Origin: Candidatus Latescibacterota bacterium
GTDB taxonomy: Bacteria; Latescibacterota; UBA2968
Length of the DNA stretch: 64,000 nt
Reading direction: 5' to 3'
Assembly: GCA_965207885.1 (NCBI GenBank)
Contig: OZ242311.1
Span: 6,112,001 to 6,176,000 of the forward strand
A program made the translations under genes and the position numbers. A model generated the notes under the pieces. The model was not told the origin of the DNA. It saw only the letters and a program-made list of their open reading frames with translations, and did not search any database. Numbering within the stretch: position 1 is the first letter of the stretch; every line of letters begins with the position of its first letter. Shown here piece by piece: positions 35,617 through 45,884 of the stretch.

Positions 35617-37959
35617 TTAACGGTTGATTATGAACGCGCCCTTGGTCTTGCGACCGCGACTGGCAGGCACGAGCGACTCCACCACGAAGAAGTACGCGGA
35701 CGAGGTGGCTTCACCGGTGAGGAAGCGATCTTTCAAAAGCCACTGCGCTTCCCCGGCCGTTGGATCGTTGTGGTTGATTTCGGCAACGAGATCTCCCGAA
35801 ACCGTAAAAATGGAGATTTTTGCCTGGTGCGGTACCCCGACAAAGCGCAGTTTGAGCGTGCCCTGATAATTGGATTGGGCTTGCGCCAGGCTAAACGGAT
35901 TGGGCACCACGACTACCGGCCTCTCCATATTGTCGGCGGCGTCATTGGCGGCCAAAATTGGGCTGCCCGGAACGATCATGCGCTGTTCGGCCGCTGACCA
36001 TCCGCTCTCCAATCCGTTTTCCGTGAGGTGCTTGCGCACGGTCTCGGGCAAATCGTCCAGGGTTTTGGAGCCTTCGGACCAGGACGATTTGGGGCTGGCA
36101 ACAGAGCGCACATTGTAGGCAAATTGGAATCCGGCCAGCGAATTTTCATCTATCCAGGTGTACGTGCCGCCCTGGCTACTACCGGCTGGAACCGTGCCCA
36201 CCAGATCCCACGGTCCGGTTTCCTGCCAGGTCGAGCGATAGACCCGATAGGCGACCACATCGGCCTGACCGTATTCGGGGTTGATGGCTTTTTCAGCGGC
36301 ATCTGACCACGTCAGGGTAATTTTGGCCTGTGCATTGCTCCCCTGGAAGAAATCCACATCCGGGGGTGCGTTGGGTATCTGGTACTCGTTGTCGTAGGTA
36401 AATTGCGCGTGGTTCAGATGCCGCAGCATGGCTTCTTCGCCTTTGGCCAAAAGCGATTTGCGGGCGTCTGGACCAATATCGCCCACGTTCCACGACCACT
36501 TGGTAATGTCGTTGGCATAACCCGTCTCGGCGTTGATCTCAAATTCGGCTGATGATCCAAAGCCGTAGGCCAGCACGATTTTGGCTTTTTGTCCGGGTGC
36601 CAGGCTGTAGGGACCAAAGATCAGGTCTTCCCACTGCATTTGTTCAGAGGGCGGGTTGTCCATTGTGGGCGAGGTGAAAAAGTCGTACTGGGCGGCCATG
36701 CTCAACGCGCCCCGCGTGGGGTCGTCGATGTTGCGGCGGCCGAATACTTCGTACCAGTGCGACAGGGGTTCGCCCTGTGGATCGACAAAGCCTTCCGCTG
36801 CGTCTGCGGCGTTGAATGTGTGACTCGCCCCGGCATTGCGAAATGCGAGCGGTGCCATAAACTGATAGGCCGGTGCAATGGGCATGCCCTCGGGCCTGTT
36901 CCTGCTGCCCGGGAAGCCCCGCGCTTCCAGGTCCGAGAAGTAGGGATCGCCCGTGTCTTCTTCAAAGCTGGACGGGGAGTTGCCATCCCACTGGTACATG
37001 ATGTATTTGCCCTGGAAATCCGCAGGTGACAATCCGCTTAAGGGATTGTTTTCGAAGTTGGATGCTTCGCTATAGCGATAGTGGTCGTCCAGCGCCTGAC
37101 TGCGGCGATAGGTGACCAGGCCGCCTTCATGACCCCAGCGGAAAGATGTGCCAGCACTATTGACATACATGGAGTTCATGACGCCAAAGTAGGTGTTGTC
37201 GAGTTGTTGTCCGCCCCGATTTTCAAACTCGAGTTCCAGGATGAAAAAGTCGTCGAAATCCTGATGGCTCCACGCATGGGCTTTGCGCGTTACGACCACG
37301 TTGTGCTTTGTCTGCCATTGCGTGATATGGATTTCTTCGCCTGCATTTTGTACGGGCGGATAAATGCCGTAATCGAAGTTGTGAATTTCGTAGGGTCTCA
37401 AATTGGCCGGGTCAGCGGATTGGGGCGAAGCACCTTGCCACCAGTTGGATTTTACCGTGCCTGGACCCACACCGCGATTGGGCACAATGGACTGGATGCC
37501 CCACGAGGATTCTTTGGAGTTGGCGATGTCGTAATTCATCGGTATCACGTCTTCGGTGGGGGTGCGCGGGCCTGTGACCGATACGTATTTTTCGCCGCCC
37601 ACATTGGTCAATACCAGCACACCTTCACCGGCCGAGTGCATGTTTGTAAAGCCCTTTTGTGCGGACGATCCCCATGCTTTGTCGCCCCAGTATTCCACAA
37701 ATTCTTCGGTGCCCAACAGGGCGTACAATGAGTACAATTCGCCCGGGTAGGACATGCGCATCATTACCCGAGATGGGGTTACCTGATAGTGCATGCTCGA
37801 AGTACCGGAGTTGGTAAACGAGAGCCATACCAGCGACCGGGTCATGTGCCGCGACGCGCTATAGACCACCTGCGCTTGTGAATCTATTGTGCCGATTGAC
37901 ATGAGGCACAATACCATCAGACCCGGCAACCATTGTCTTTTCAAGTTTTTCAGATACAT
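35617..37959 (-). CDS. Secreted protein with T9SS type A-like C-terminal domain
   Basis: Signal peptide; WS...DDF.I.E, GPY.LAPG and YRVYRS shared with 12137..14254; CTD VVVVPNPF..ISIFTVSGDLV..KGAFIINR. Confidence 0.75.
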   Translation of the reverse strand: MYLKNLKRQWLPGLMVLCLMSIGTIDSQAQVVYSASRHMTRSLVWLSFTNSGTSSMHYQVTPSRVMMRMSYPGELYSLYALLGTEEFVEYWGDKAWGSSAQKGFTNMHSAGEGVLVLTNVGGEKYVSVTGPRTPTEDVIPMNYDIANSKESSWGIQSIVPNRGVGPGTVKSNWWQGASPQSADPANLRPYEIHNFDYGIYPPVQNAGEEIHITQWQTKHNVVVTRKAHAWSHQDFDDFFILELEFENRGGQQLDNTYFGVMNSMYVNSAGTSFRWGHEGGLVTYRRSQALDDHYRYSEASNFENNPLSGLSPADFQGKYIMYQWDGNSPSSFEEDTGDPYFSDLEARGFPGSRNRPEGMPIAPAYQFMAPLAFRNAGASHTFNAADAAEGFVDPQGEPLSHWYEVFGRRNIDDPTRGALSMAAQYDFFTSPTMDNPPSEQMQWEDLIFGPYSLAPGQKAKIVLAYGFGSSAEFEINAETGYANDITKWSWNVGDIGPDARKSLLAKGEEAMLRHLNHAQFTYDNEYQIPNAPPDVDFFQGSNAQAKITLTWSDAAEKAINPEYGQADVVAYRVYRSTWQETGPWDLVGTVPAGSSQGGTYTWIDENSLAGFQFAYNVRSVASPKSSWSEGSKTLDDLPETVRKHLTENGLESGWSAAEQRMIVPGSPILAANDAADNMERPVVVVPNPFSLAQAQSNYQGTLKLRFVGVPHQAKISIFTVSGDLVAEINHNDPTAGEAQWLLKDRFLTGEATSSAYFFVVESLVPASRGRKTKGAFIINR

Positions 37960-37980
37960 AGATATGATCCTCCTGTCAGA

Positions 37981-40900
37981 TTAGAACTTAAACCGCGCCC
38001 CGGCCACGATGGTTCGGGGTCTGCCCAGCCCGCCGTTGTAGCGGGTCAGTTCGGAAATATCGCCGAAAGTATCGAATTTGCTGTCTCCGGGCGGCGGTTT
38101 CTGGAGGCCGTACTGGATCCAGCGGAAGCCAGTACTCGTATCGTCGCGCTGCCCAAAGAGATTGCGGACTTCCAGGAAGGTTGTGGCTGTACCCGTCTGC
38201 CCCAGTCCAAAGTCTTTTTCAAAGCTGACATCTGTCAGTGTGGAGGGCGGGCCGTTGCGCCGTTCCCTGGGTCCCGTGGGTGGCGTGTACCAGAATGCGC
38301 CCCTGGTGTGCATCTGCCAGACCATGGTCGCGCGGAATCCGGCCAGAGCAGTAATGTGGAAATCCGGCGGTGCAGAGAAGAGGAATTGCACGCTGGCAAA
38401 GTTGCGCCTGTCCAGACCGCCATCTAAGGTGGGAATGCTGTAGTTGGCGATGTTGAAGGAGTATAGCCCGTCTTCGACGAGGACTGGCTGTTCCCAGAAG
38501 GCATTGCTCTTTGGTTCCATCACATCTGCTTTGGCTTTGTATTTCAGGGCAATTTCATTGGCTTTCTCTGCGAATGCCCTCCGTTCTTCGGCCGTTGGTG
38601 CGCGGGGCACTTCCTGTCCGTCGGCTTGCACGGTGACGCCGGCAAAGAATTTGTCGCTGTTCACATATTGAGCCGTGGGAGCGATGAACCATTCCCAGGA
38701 TGATTTGCCGCCACGGTGCGCTTTGGCCCAGTTGACGTTGTAGGCCACATACAGGGCGGTCATCTGGCTGAATTTTTTCTGGAAGGACAGCTCAAATCCG
38801 CGGGATGTGGCAAAGCGGCGATTGAAGAATGCGTGGGTATATGAAGAGTTGAAGCCAAATACGGGTTCGTCGATGAAGAAGTCCGATCCGCCGCTGGATA
38901 GCGTGCCTTCCTGGTCTTTGTAAAAAGCCGTCAGGCCCAGGACGTAATCGCCGTAGAAGTTGTAGTCGAAGCCGACCTCAAAGTTGGTCGTGCGTTCGGG
39001 TTTCATGTGGACATTGCCAAATTCGCCCGCCAGCGGATAGACCAGGGCGTTGAAAATTTCCATCTGGTCGATTTGTCCGTTGCCATTCAGGTCTTTGTCC
39101 GGTCCCGTCGCCCGCCATGTGCGGTTGTAAAGGCTTTGCAGACCGATGAACTGGTGGAAGCGTCCGGTGAAAAATCGGATGGTGGAACGATCTGTGATGG
39201 GGTGTGAAATACCCAGGCGCGGGCTGATGGCCGTCTGCGTGGGCGAATCTACGATGGGTACGTTTCGCCAGCGCGTCAGCGAGTTGTAGTGGTTCCAGGT
39301 GACGTGGTCCATGGCGCGGCCAAAGGATTCGCCGGGCGCGAGGACTTCGTAGCGCACACCCAGATTGACGATCAGGCCCTCAAATTCCATTTTGTCCTGA
39401 ATATAGGCCGCGTAGGTCGCGGGATTAAAAGGTTCCATGCCCACGATGGGGTCGCCCTTGCCCAGCAAGCGGATGTTGCGTTCGCGGGTTGTGTTATAGA
39501 CCACATCTTGCTGTTCGATGCTGTTGCGGATGATTTCAAAGCCGGCTTTTACAAAGTGTCCCCGCGTCACCTGGCTGGACAAATCGCCTTTTAGCAGGAT
39601 GCGCGTGCGCTGCGCCCAGCTAAAGGCGTGGATATCTCGCGTGCCGTAAAATCCGTTTGCACCGCGGACGATATCGGTTGTCTGTGACGGTACGTCGCTG
39701 GTATCGAGGGATGTGCTCTGGAAAGATACGCGGACTTCGTAAAATGTTTTGGGCGATATGGTGTGTGTCAAGACGCCGTAAAATACCTGATCGGTGCGCG
39801 GCGACTTGCCCGAGGAGCTATACCCTGCGGGCAGGTAGAGGTTGCGCCCGCTTTCCGAGATGCCCCGCACGCCGCCCGGCGGCACGCCCGTGGTTGCACC
39901 ACCCGGACCGCGTACCACACTGGTCGAGCCGTTGTTGAACCCGTCTTTGTACACCCATGTGGTGCCGAGCTTAACTTTGTACTTGTCGCCCGGCCGATAG
40001 GTCGCATTGGCCGATGTGTTCAGGTTAAAGGGCGCGTGATTGGAGGGTCCTGGAAAAACGGATGCCTGCCGATCTGTATAGGTGCTGAGGAAGAATCCGA
40101 GTTGTGGGTTAATCGGTCCGGAGACGTTGCCTTCCAAAAAATGTCCCAATGCTTTGTCGTAATCCGAAGGCGTTGAATCTATATTGGGATTGCCGGTGTC
40201 CGGAGTTTTGCCCTCTAACAGCGGGCTGTTATAGACATTCGCACCCCAGTGCTTTAGCCCCGGCAGGGTCAGGCGGTATTCGCCCAGGCCACCGTATCGC
40301 TCTTTGGCTTCGCGGCTCACCAGGCTGATTACGCCGCCCTGTGCATTGCCGTATTCGGCGTTCATGCCGCCAGTGACGACGGCGACTTCTTGCAATGCGC
40401 CGCGCGCCAGGCTGTTGACCTGTGAGGCTGTGTTGTTTTCGGCTACGCCATCGTCGTTGGACAGGCGAATGCCGTCGATTTCCACAAAGACTTCATTGGT
40501 GCCATTGGTTACCGAGGCGGTGTGGCTTGCGCGGATGCGCATGGCGCCGTCCAGGGATACACCCGGTTGCAATTCGATGACCTCTGCCGCGTTTCGCGCA
40601 AGGGGAACCTGTTCGACCTGTTCGACGCCGACAATATAGCGACTCACGGTTTTATCGGGTTCCACGGCAGGTCGCTCGGCAATGACGACCAGTTCGCCGA
40701 GTTCTACGGCTGCTTCCTGGAGTACGATATTTACTGTGGTGGTCAATTCGACCTGTACCAGCACGTTTTGTATGGTTTCGGTGCGGTAGCCGACCAGGGA
40801 TGCTTCCACTTCATGTACGCCCGGATCGACAGCTAATATTAAAAAATAGCCGTCTGTATCGGTTACAGCGCCGCGCCGCGTGCCTTTTACTACGACGTTG

Positions 40901-41043
40901 ACGCCGGGTAGTGCCTCACCCTGGGCATCTTTCACCACACCGGTGACTTTTCCTGTTGTAGCTGCCATCCCATCGCTTGGATAGAAGACGCATAGCGCGC
41001 CGACCAGGATCAGGAGACAGCCCAAACGAATGTTAAAACGCAT
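37981..41043 (-). CDS. TonB-dependent receptor
   Basis: TTGKVTG.V.D..GE.LPGVNV, TGGMNAEYGNAQGGVI, YIQDKMEF, SPRLGISHPIT, terminal Phe. Confidence 0.92.
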   Translation of the reverse strand: MRFNIRLGCLLILVGALCVFYPSDGMAATTGKVTGVVKDAQGEALPGVNVVVKGTRRGAVTDTDGYFLILAVDPGVHEVEASLVGYRTETIQNVLVQVELTTTVNIVLQEAAVELGELVVIAERPAVEPDKTVSRYIVGVEQVEQVPLARNAAEVIELQPGVSLDGAMRIRASHTASVTNGTNEVFVEIDGIRLSNDDGVAENNTASQVNSLARGALQEVAVVTGGMNAEYGNAQGGVISLVSREAKERYGGLGEYRLTLPGLKHWGANVYNSPLLEGKTPDTGNPNIDSTPSDYDKALGHFLEGNVSGPINPQLGFFLSTYTDRQASVFPGPSNHAPFNLNTSANATYRPGDKYKVKLGTTWVYKDGFNNGSTSVVRGPGGATTGVPPGGVRGISESGRNLYLPAGYSSSGKSPRTDQVFYGVLTHTISPKTFYEVRVSFQSTSLDTSDVPSQTTDIVRGANGFYGTRDIHAFSWAQRTRILLKGDLSSQVTRGHFVKAGFEIIRNSIEQQDVVYNTTRERNIRLLGKGDPIVGMEPFNPATYAAYIQDKMEFEGLIVNLGVRYEVLAPGESFGRAMDHVTWNHYNSLTRWRNVPIVDSPTQTAISPRLGISHPITDRSTIRFFTGRFHQFIGLQSLYNRTWRATGPDKDLNGNGQIDQMEIFNALVYPLAGEFGNVHMKPERTTNFEVGFDYNFYGDYVLGLTAFYKDQEGTLSSGGSDFFIDEPVFGFNSSYTHAFFNRRFATSRGFELSFQKKFSQMTALYVAYNVNWAKAHRGGKSSWEWFIAPTAQYVNSDKFFAGVTVQADGQEVPRAPTAEERRAFAEKANEIALKYKAKADVMEPKSNAFWEQPVLVEDGLYSFNIANYSIPTLDGGLDRRNFASVQFLFSAPPDFHITALAGFRATMVWQMHTRGAFWYTPPTGPRERRNGPPSTLTDVSFEKDFGLGQTGTATTFLEVRNLFGQRDDTSTGFRWIQYGLQKPPPGDSKFDTFGDISELTRYNGGLGRPRTIVAGARFKF

Positions 41044-41058
41044 GCTGAACCTCCGTTA

Positions 41059-41757
41059 TTATTTGGGGAAATACAACTTGAGCCGAACACCTATGTTGAG
41101 TTTGTGAAATGGGAATGCCTCTTGTAAGCCCCAGGCTTCGAGGGGGCGCACGTGGCCCCAGATGACGTGGTATTGTGCCCGAAGGTCAAACGCAAAATTC
41201 TGAGAGGCGAAGTATTCGACGCCCACACCGGCGTTTATGCCCAGAGCCGTGCGAACATCTGATTCGGGACGCTGTGTCAAATTGGTGTCCAGCGTGCCGC
41301 TCTGACCGGGATAAATTAATCCGCTGATTTCGTTGTTGTAGTGGTAAAAGCCCGATCCGATGACGAAGTAGGGCGCGCCACCCCCGGTGTTCAGTTTTTC
41401 ACCTCCGCCGTTGAAGTGGTAAAGATAGTTGGCGGTTACTGTAAACCAGGTCATTTCCGAACTGGCGTTGGAGCTTTCGTATTCCTGCAGGTCAACGGAC
41501 CAGAGAAATCTGCGGTTTTCCAGTTCTCCCGATCCGTATTTGGCATACCGCGCGTCCAGTTCAAATGTCCAGGTCGGGTTGTTGATGCGTGAGATTGTTC
41601 CCCCGATGTCAATGCCTCCCGAGGGAAACCACTGGTTCAATTTGAACAGCGGCATGTCGTATTGCCCGGTCACCCCAACAGACCAGGTGCCGTTCACTTC
41701 TGCCACTCCCGGCCCAACAAGGGCCAGACTTAATAACGCTGTTACTATGAATCTCAT
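41059..41757 (-). CDS. Small outer-membrane beta-barrel protein (OmpA/PorT-like)
   Basis: Signal peptide, PYF..G.G, G.N.G.GVEY, alternating beta pattern; RBS AAGGAGG. Confidence 0.75.
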   Translation of the reverse strand: MRFIVTALLSLALVGPGVAEVNGTWSVGVTGQYDMPLFKLNQWFPSGGIDIGGTISRINNPTWTFELDARYAKYGSGELENRRFLWSVDLQEYESSNASSEMTWFTVTANYLYHFNGGGEKLNTGGGAPYFVIGSGFYHYNNEISGLIYPGQSGTLDTNLTQRPESDVRTALGINAGVGVEYFASQNFAFDLRAQYHVIWGHVRPLEAWGLQEAFPFHKLNIGVRLKLYFPK

Positions 41758-42065
41758 ACAACGACCTCCTTTGTTGCGGTTTGCGACGATTTGCGTGCTG
41801 CGGGTAAAACACTTCTATTCGTAAATTATAGGCATAACCTCCTTTCGAATTTCGGATGAAAGGATTACGTGTATTAAAGCTGATGAGCGATAACGACCAG
41901 CGGTCAGTTAAGACCGTCATCGCGGCAGGGTTTTAGCCGCGATCCAGTTCGCTGTTTTCTGTTTGTTAAAGATGATTCATTTTACCTAAAACGCATGTTA
42001 ATATTCAAATTGAGACGGGTCAATCGAAAACGACTATTTTTCCAAATTTATTTTTACATTTTTTT

Positions 42066-43263
42066 CATAGTACACGACAAAAAATAAAAGACCTGTGAAA
42101 AAAGCTAAAAAGAGTTAGGTTTGAATGTCCCAAGACAAACCTTTCTCATCTTAACAAGGCACAGGTCTATGTCTCCTGAAACTATTGAACTTCAAACGAT
42201 TATGCAAGGATATTTTCACTGGCATAAAGCCCGAATAACGTTTACCGCTGCGTTCATATTGTCGCTGATAAAATTGCGTAGCGTCAATTTTATGAAACTG
42301 GCAAACGCACTCAATGGAACCGTCAAGCAGAAATCTAATTATCGTCGTATCCAACGCTTCTTTGCCCACTTTGCCTTACCCTATGCGTGTGTGAGACAAT
42401 TGATCTTGCACTTATTACCTATAAAGTCGGATTTTATAGTCTCAATAGATCGCACCAATTGGAAGTTGGGAAAATTCAATATCAACATCCTAACCGCAGG
42501 CATTATCTATGAAGGGGTCGCCTTTCCTATCTGTTGGCACTTGTTAAAAAAACGGGGCAATTCCAATAGTGATGAGCGTATCCATTTGATGCAAGAAATG
42601 CTCAACTGCATCTGCAAATCGCATATCCGCGTTGTCGTCGCAGACAGAGAATTTATTGGAAGAGAATGGTTTAGGTGGTTAGACACACAAAATATACCCT
42701 TTGTTATTCGCATCAAGGAAAACGCTCTTGTCTCATCAGGCGGTAGAGAGATCCCCATAAGAAAACGGTTTGAAAATCTTAATATCCATCAGCAGGTCAA
42801 CTTGTGCAAACGCCACCGCGTTTATGACCTGCCTGTATATCTGTCTGCACTAAGATTGAAGGACCAATACCTCATTCTTGCCAGCAACCAAAAAGGTCAA
42901 GCCGCATTGGATACCTATAAAAAACGATGGGGCATTGAAGTCCTTTTTGCCAATCTTAAAAGTCGAGGATTTAATCTGGAAGAGACCCATCTTATACATC
43001 AAGACCGCATTGAGAAACTCATCGCGCTTTTGGCCATTGCCTGCATCTGGGCGCATATCATCGGCGAATGGATAGCAAAAACAAATCCTTTGACGATCAA
43101 AAATCACGGGCGGATGGAGAAAAGTCTCTTCCGATATGGGTTGGACTATTTGCAGTATGTCCTGCTCAATATAAACCAACAAACCCAACAGTTCCTCATA
43201 TGCATTCGTTTACTGAGTAATCCGCCACTGTTTAAAACAATTTAAGTTTTGTCGTGTACCATG
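42066..43263 (+). mobile_element. IS4-family (IS10/ISAba1-like) insertion sequence
   Basis: 17-bp IRs CATAGTACACGACAAAA (42066) and TTTTGTCGTGTACCATG (43247-43263), one mismatch; flanking direct repeat ATTTTTTT (42058-42065, 43264-43271); lower GC. Confidence 0.9.
42169..43245 (+). CDS. IS4-family DDE transposase
   Basis: IDRTNW, ADREF and YREK signature YKKRWGIEVLFANLK. Confidence 0.92.
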   Translation: MSPETIELQTIMQGYFHWHKARITFTAAFILSLIKLRSVNFMKLANALNGTVKQKSNYRRIQRFFAHFALPYACVRQLILHLLPIKSDFIVSIDRTNWKLGKFNINILTAGIIYEGVAFPICWHLLKKRGNSNSDERIHLMQEMLNCICKSHIRVVVADREFIGREWFRWLDTQNIPFVIRIKENALVSSGGREIPIRKRFENLNIHQQVNLCKRHRVYDLPVYLSALRLKDQYLILASNQKGQAALDTYKKRWGIEVLFANLKSRGFNLEETHLIHQDRIEKLIALLAIACIWAHIIGEWIAKTNPLTIKNHGRMEKSLFRYGLDYLQYVLLNINQQTQQFLICIRLLSNPPLFKTI

Positions 43264-43351
43264 ATTTTTTTCTTTAAAACTGAAATTTTAAGACAGCACC
43301 TTATTTTCAACGTGGATTTCTGCTGTATTTCGAATATCTTAAACATGGCCG

Positions 43352-43381
43352 TTGACAACCGCGCTTCTTTATCAATACCAT
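43352..43381 (+). promoter_or_regulatory. Putative sigma70 promoter of the 43.4-53.3 kb gene run
   Basis: TTGACA-18 bp-TACCAT, followed by GAGG RBS and ATG 43400. Confidence 0.45.
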
Positions 43382-43399
43382 TAAATCAATGAGGTTTGC

Positions 43400-43807
43400 A
43401 TGACAATCCCAGAACGAATCGATGAATTTCTCAAAGGAAAAGCATTCGGCGTTGTCGGCGCATCGCGAGATCGGGCAAAATACGGCAACAAGATCCTGCG
43501 GTGTTATCTACAGAACGGATTGAACGCTTATCCCATCAACCCCAAAGAGGCAGAAATTGAAGGACAACCCTGTTTCCCCGATATAGATTCACTCCCTGAA
43601 CCCGTTCACGGCATCTCAATCATCACACCACCTCCCGTGACAGAAACCATAATCCCTCAAGCTCACGAAGCCGGCATTCAACACGTATGGATGCAACCCG
43701 GCGCCGAGAGCGCAAAGGCGATATCAACGGGAGAAGAACTGGGACTTTCGGTCATCGGCGACGGCTCGTGTCTGCTCGTCGTATTGGGTTATCGAGAAGA
43801 TGGATAA
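43400..43807 (+). CDS. CoA-binding protein (YccU-like)
   Basis: VVGAS....KYG, YPINP, VWMQPG, terminal C-L pattern. Confidence 0.88.
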   Translation: MTIPERIDEFLKGKAFGVVGASRDRAKYGNKILRCYLQNGLNAYPINPKEAEIEGQPCFPDIDSLPEPVHGISIITPPPVTETIIPQAHEAGIQHVWMQPGAESAKAISTGEELGLSVIGDGSCLLVVLGYREDG

Positions 43808-43812
43808 AAAAG

Positions 43813-44952
43813 ATGAAACCTTGCGTACTCTTAATCTCTTGTTTGCTCGCTATTGGGCTTTGTCAAGCCAACGACAGTATTGAAACAGCCAAAGCGCAAA
43901 CCTATGAAGCCATTGACCTGCACCCATTGAGAGACGGGATGAGTCACTGGCGCAAGCGATATGGACGCGACCGCAATGACCCGATGTACAATCCCTCGCA
44001 AATTGTCCATATTGCCGAAAACATGCTCGCTTACCAGAACGCAGATGGTGGCTGGCCCAACAATGTAGATTGGCAGGCGCAGATTGACCCCGACACAGTC
44101 AGAGCGATCAAAGGCGAACGGAGGATGGTCAGCACATTTGACAATCACAACACGTTTTCACAGATCGATTATCTGGCAAAGGTGTACATCGCGACTAACC
44201 TGGCGCGGTATCGAAATGCAGTCGAACGGGGTCTGGACTATATATTCCGCGAGCAACAACCCACAGGTGGATGGCGCGGTTGGGATGTAGATGCCATTAC
44301 TTATAATGACGGCGTAATGATTGGCATAATGACCCTGTTGAAAGATATCGCAGACCGCAAGCCTCAATTTGCATGGACAAGCCATGAACTACACGCCAAA
44401 GCCAAAGCCGCACTGCACCGGGCGATTGCTGTAACCCTGAAATGCCAGATCGTCGTCAAAGGCAAAAAAACGGGATGGAGTCAGCAACACGACCATATAA
44501 CTTATAAACCCGTAAAAGCGCGCACTTATGAACTGCCGTCCATTACAGCGGGACAAACGGCGAAGATCGTGCATTTTTTAATGGCTATTGAAAATCCGCG
44601 CGCCGAAATAATAGATGCAATCGAAACTGCGGTACAATGGTTTCAAGAGGCAAAAATAGAAGGCATTCGACTAAAACGCATCGAAATAGACCCCACGCGC
44701 TTTAGAAATCACACAGCGACCACAGACCTGATCGTCGTCAAAGACCCGGACGCCCCGCCTTTGTGGGCGCGCTTTCACGAAATAGGTACAAACCGCCCCT
44801 TTATGGCCAACCGGGACGGCAACAAAGTCTATTCTCTATCACAGGTCGCCCTGGAAAGACGAACCGGATATGCGTGGTATGGCTACTGGCCCGCGCGAAT
44901 TCTGGAAAAAGATTATCCCATGTGGAAAAACAAAAACAGGAGACAGGAATGA
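43813..44952 (+). CDS. Pectate lyase, PL10 family, secreted
   Basis: YQNADGGW, STFDN, ITYND, W.QQHD...P..ARTYELPS, LWARF.E, ERRTGYAWY; signal peptide from 43813. Confidence 0.88.
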   Translation: MKPCVLLISCLLAIGLCQANDSIETAKAQTYEAIDLHPLRDGMSHWRKRYGRDRNDPMYNPSQIVHIAENMLAYQNADGGWPNNVDWQAQIDPDTVRAIKGERRMVSTFDNHNTFSQIDYLAKVYIATNLARYRNAVERGLDYIFREQQPTGGWRGWDVDAITYNDGVMIGIMTLLKDIADRKPQFAWTSHELHAKAKAALHRAIAVTLKCQIVVKGKKTGWSQQHDHITYKPVKARTYELPSITAGQTAKIVHFLMAIENPRAEIIDAIETAVQWFQEAKIEGIRLKRIEIDPTRFRNHTATTDLIVVKDPDAPPLWARFHEIGTNRPFMANRDGNKVYSLSQVALERRTGYAWYGYWPARILEKDYPMWKNKNRRQE

Positions 44953-45884
44953 TATATCGAACATTTGGCAAAACGGGATGGCGCGTTTCCGTCGTAGGAT
45001 TGGGAACGTGGAACCTGGGCAACCAGTGGGGCGAGTTGAGCGACCAGGAGGCAACCGATATTATATTAGCCGCGATTGACAATGGCATGAACCTGCTGGA
45101 CGCCGCCGAATCCTATGGCATCCCCAACGGCATGAGCGAATTGCGCATTGGCAAAACCCTGACCCCATCCATGCGCGACAAGTTGATTATCGTGAGCAAA
45201 ATCGGCAACTGGGGAAGTCGCACCGGGGCACCTGTGCCAAAAACAGGCGTTGATGCCATTCGCCTGTGCGGACACGCCTGCCTGGGCCGCATGCAAACCG
45301 ACCGAATTGACGTCATGTTATGCCATGAAGGTAGCATTGAAGACCCAACCGTGTACATCGAAGGTTTTGATACCCTGTGCGAAGAGGGCTTTGTCCGCAC
45401 CTATGGCATCTCGACCAACAGCCTCAGTGTCCTGAAAAACTTCTACGAAATATCGAACGGCGTCTGCGCCGTAGTAGAAGTGGATTACTCCCTGATCAAT
45501 CGCGAACCAGAAGCGGGATTTCTCGATTACTGCACAGAAAAAAATTTAGGCATCCTCGTGCGAGGCCCATTGGCCAAAGGCGTCTTATCCGGCAAATACA
45601 ACCGCGAAAGCGTATTTGGCGACACCGTGCGCGACGACTGGAACCCGGGACAATCCGATCGCGAAGAATACGAAGACATGCTGGACAAGCTGGAAGCGAT
45701 CAGACAAACCATTGGAGACGATTCTAAACTCGTGGAGACCGCTCTCCGATATGTCATCTCGCACAAATCCAATCCCGTCGTCATCCCCGGCGCAACAAAA
45801 GTCGAACAAGTCATAGACAATGCGCGAGCAGGTGCCGCCTTACTGGATGAAGATCTGTATCGGAAATTGGGAGGAAACATCTAA
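44949..45884 (+). CDS. Aldo/keto reductase
   Basis: YR.FGKTG..VS.VGLGTW, D.A.SYG, SK.G, GIS, PLAKG.L, VIPGA. Confidence 0.9.
   Translation: MIYRTFGKTGWRVSVVGLGTWNLGNQWGELSDQEATDIILAAIDNGMNLLDAAESYGIPNGMSELRIGKTLTPSMRDKLIIVSKIGNWGSRTGAPVPKTGVDAIRLCGHACLGRMQTDRIDVMLCHEGSIEDPTVYIEGFDTLCEEGFVRTYGISTNSLSVLKNFYEISNGVCAVVEVDYSLINREPEAGFLDYCTEKNLGILVRGPLAKGVLSGKYNRESVFGDTVRDDWNPGQSDREEYEDMLDKLEAIRQTIGDDSKLVETALRYVISHKSNPVVIPGATKVEQVIDNARAGAALLDEDLYRKLGGNI

Noticed and set aside
43687-43812. Extended start of the pectate lyase ORF (similarly 44763, 48354, 59599 and 24604)
   Set aside because: These extensions overlap neighbouring genes; downstream ATGs give a signal peptide, an RBS or translational coupling.
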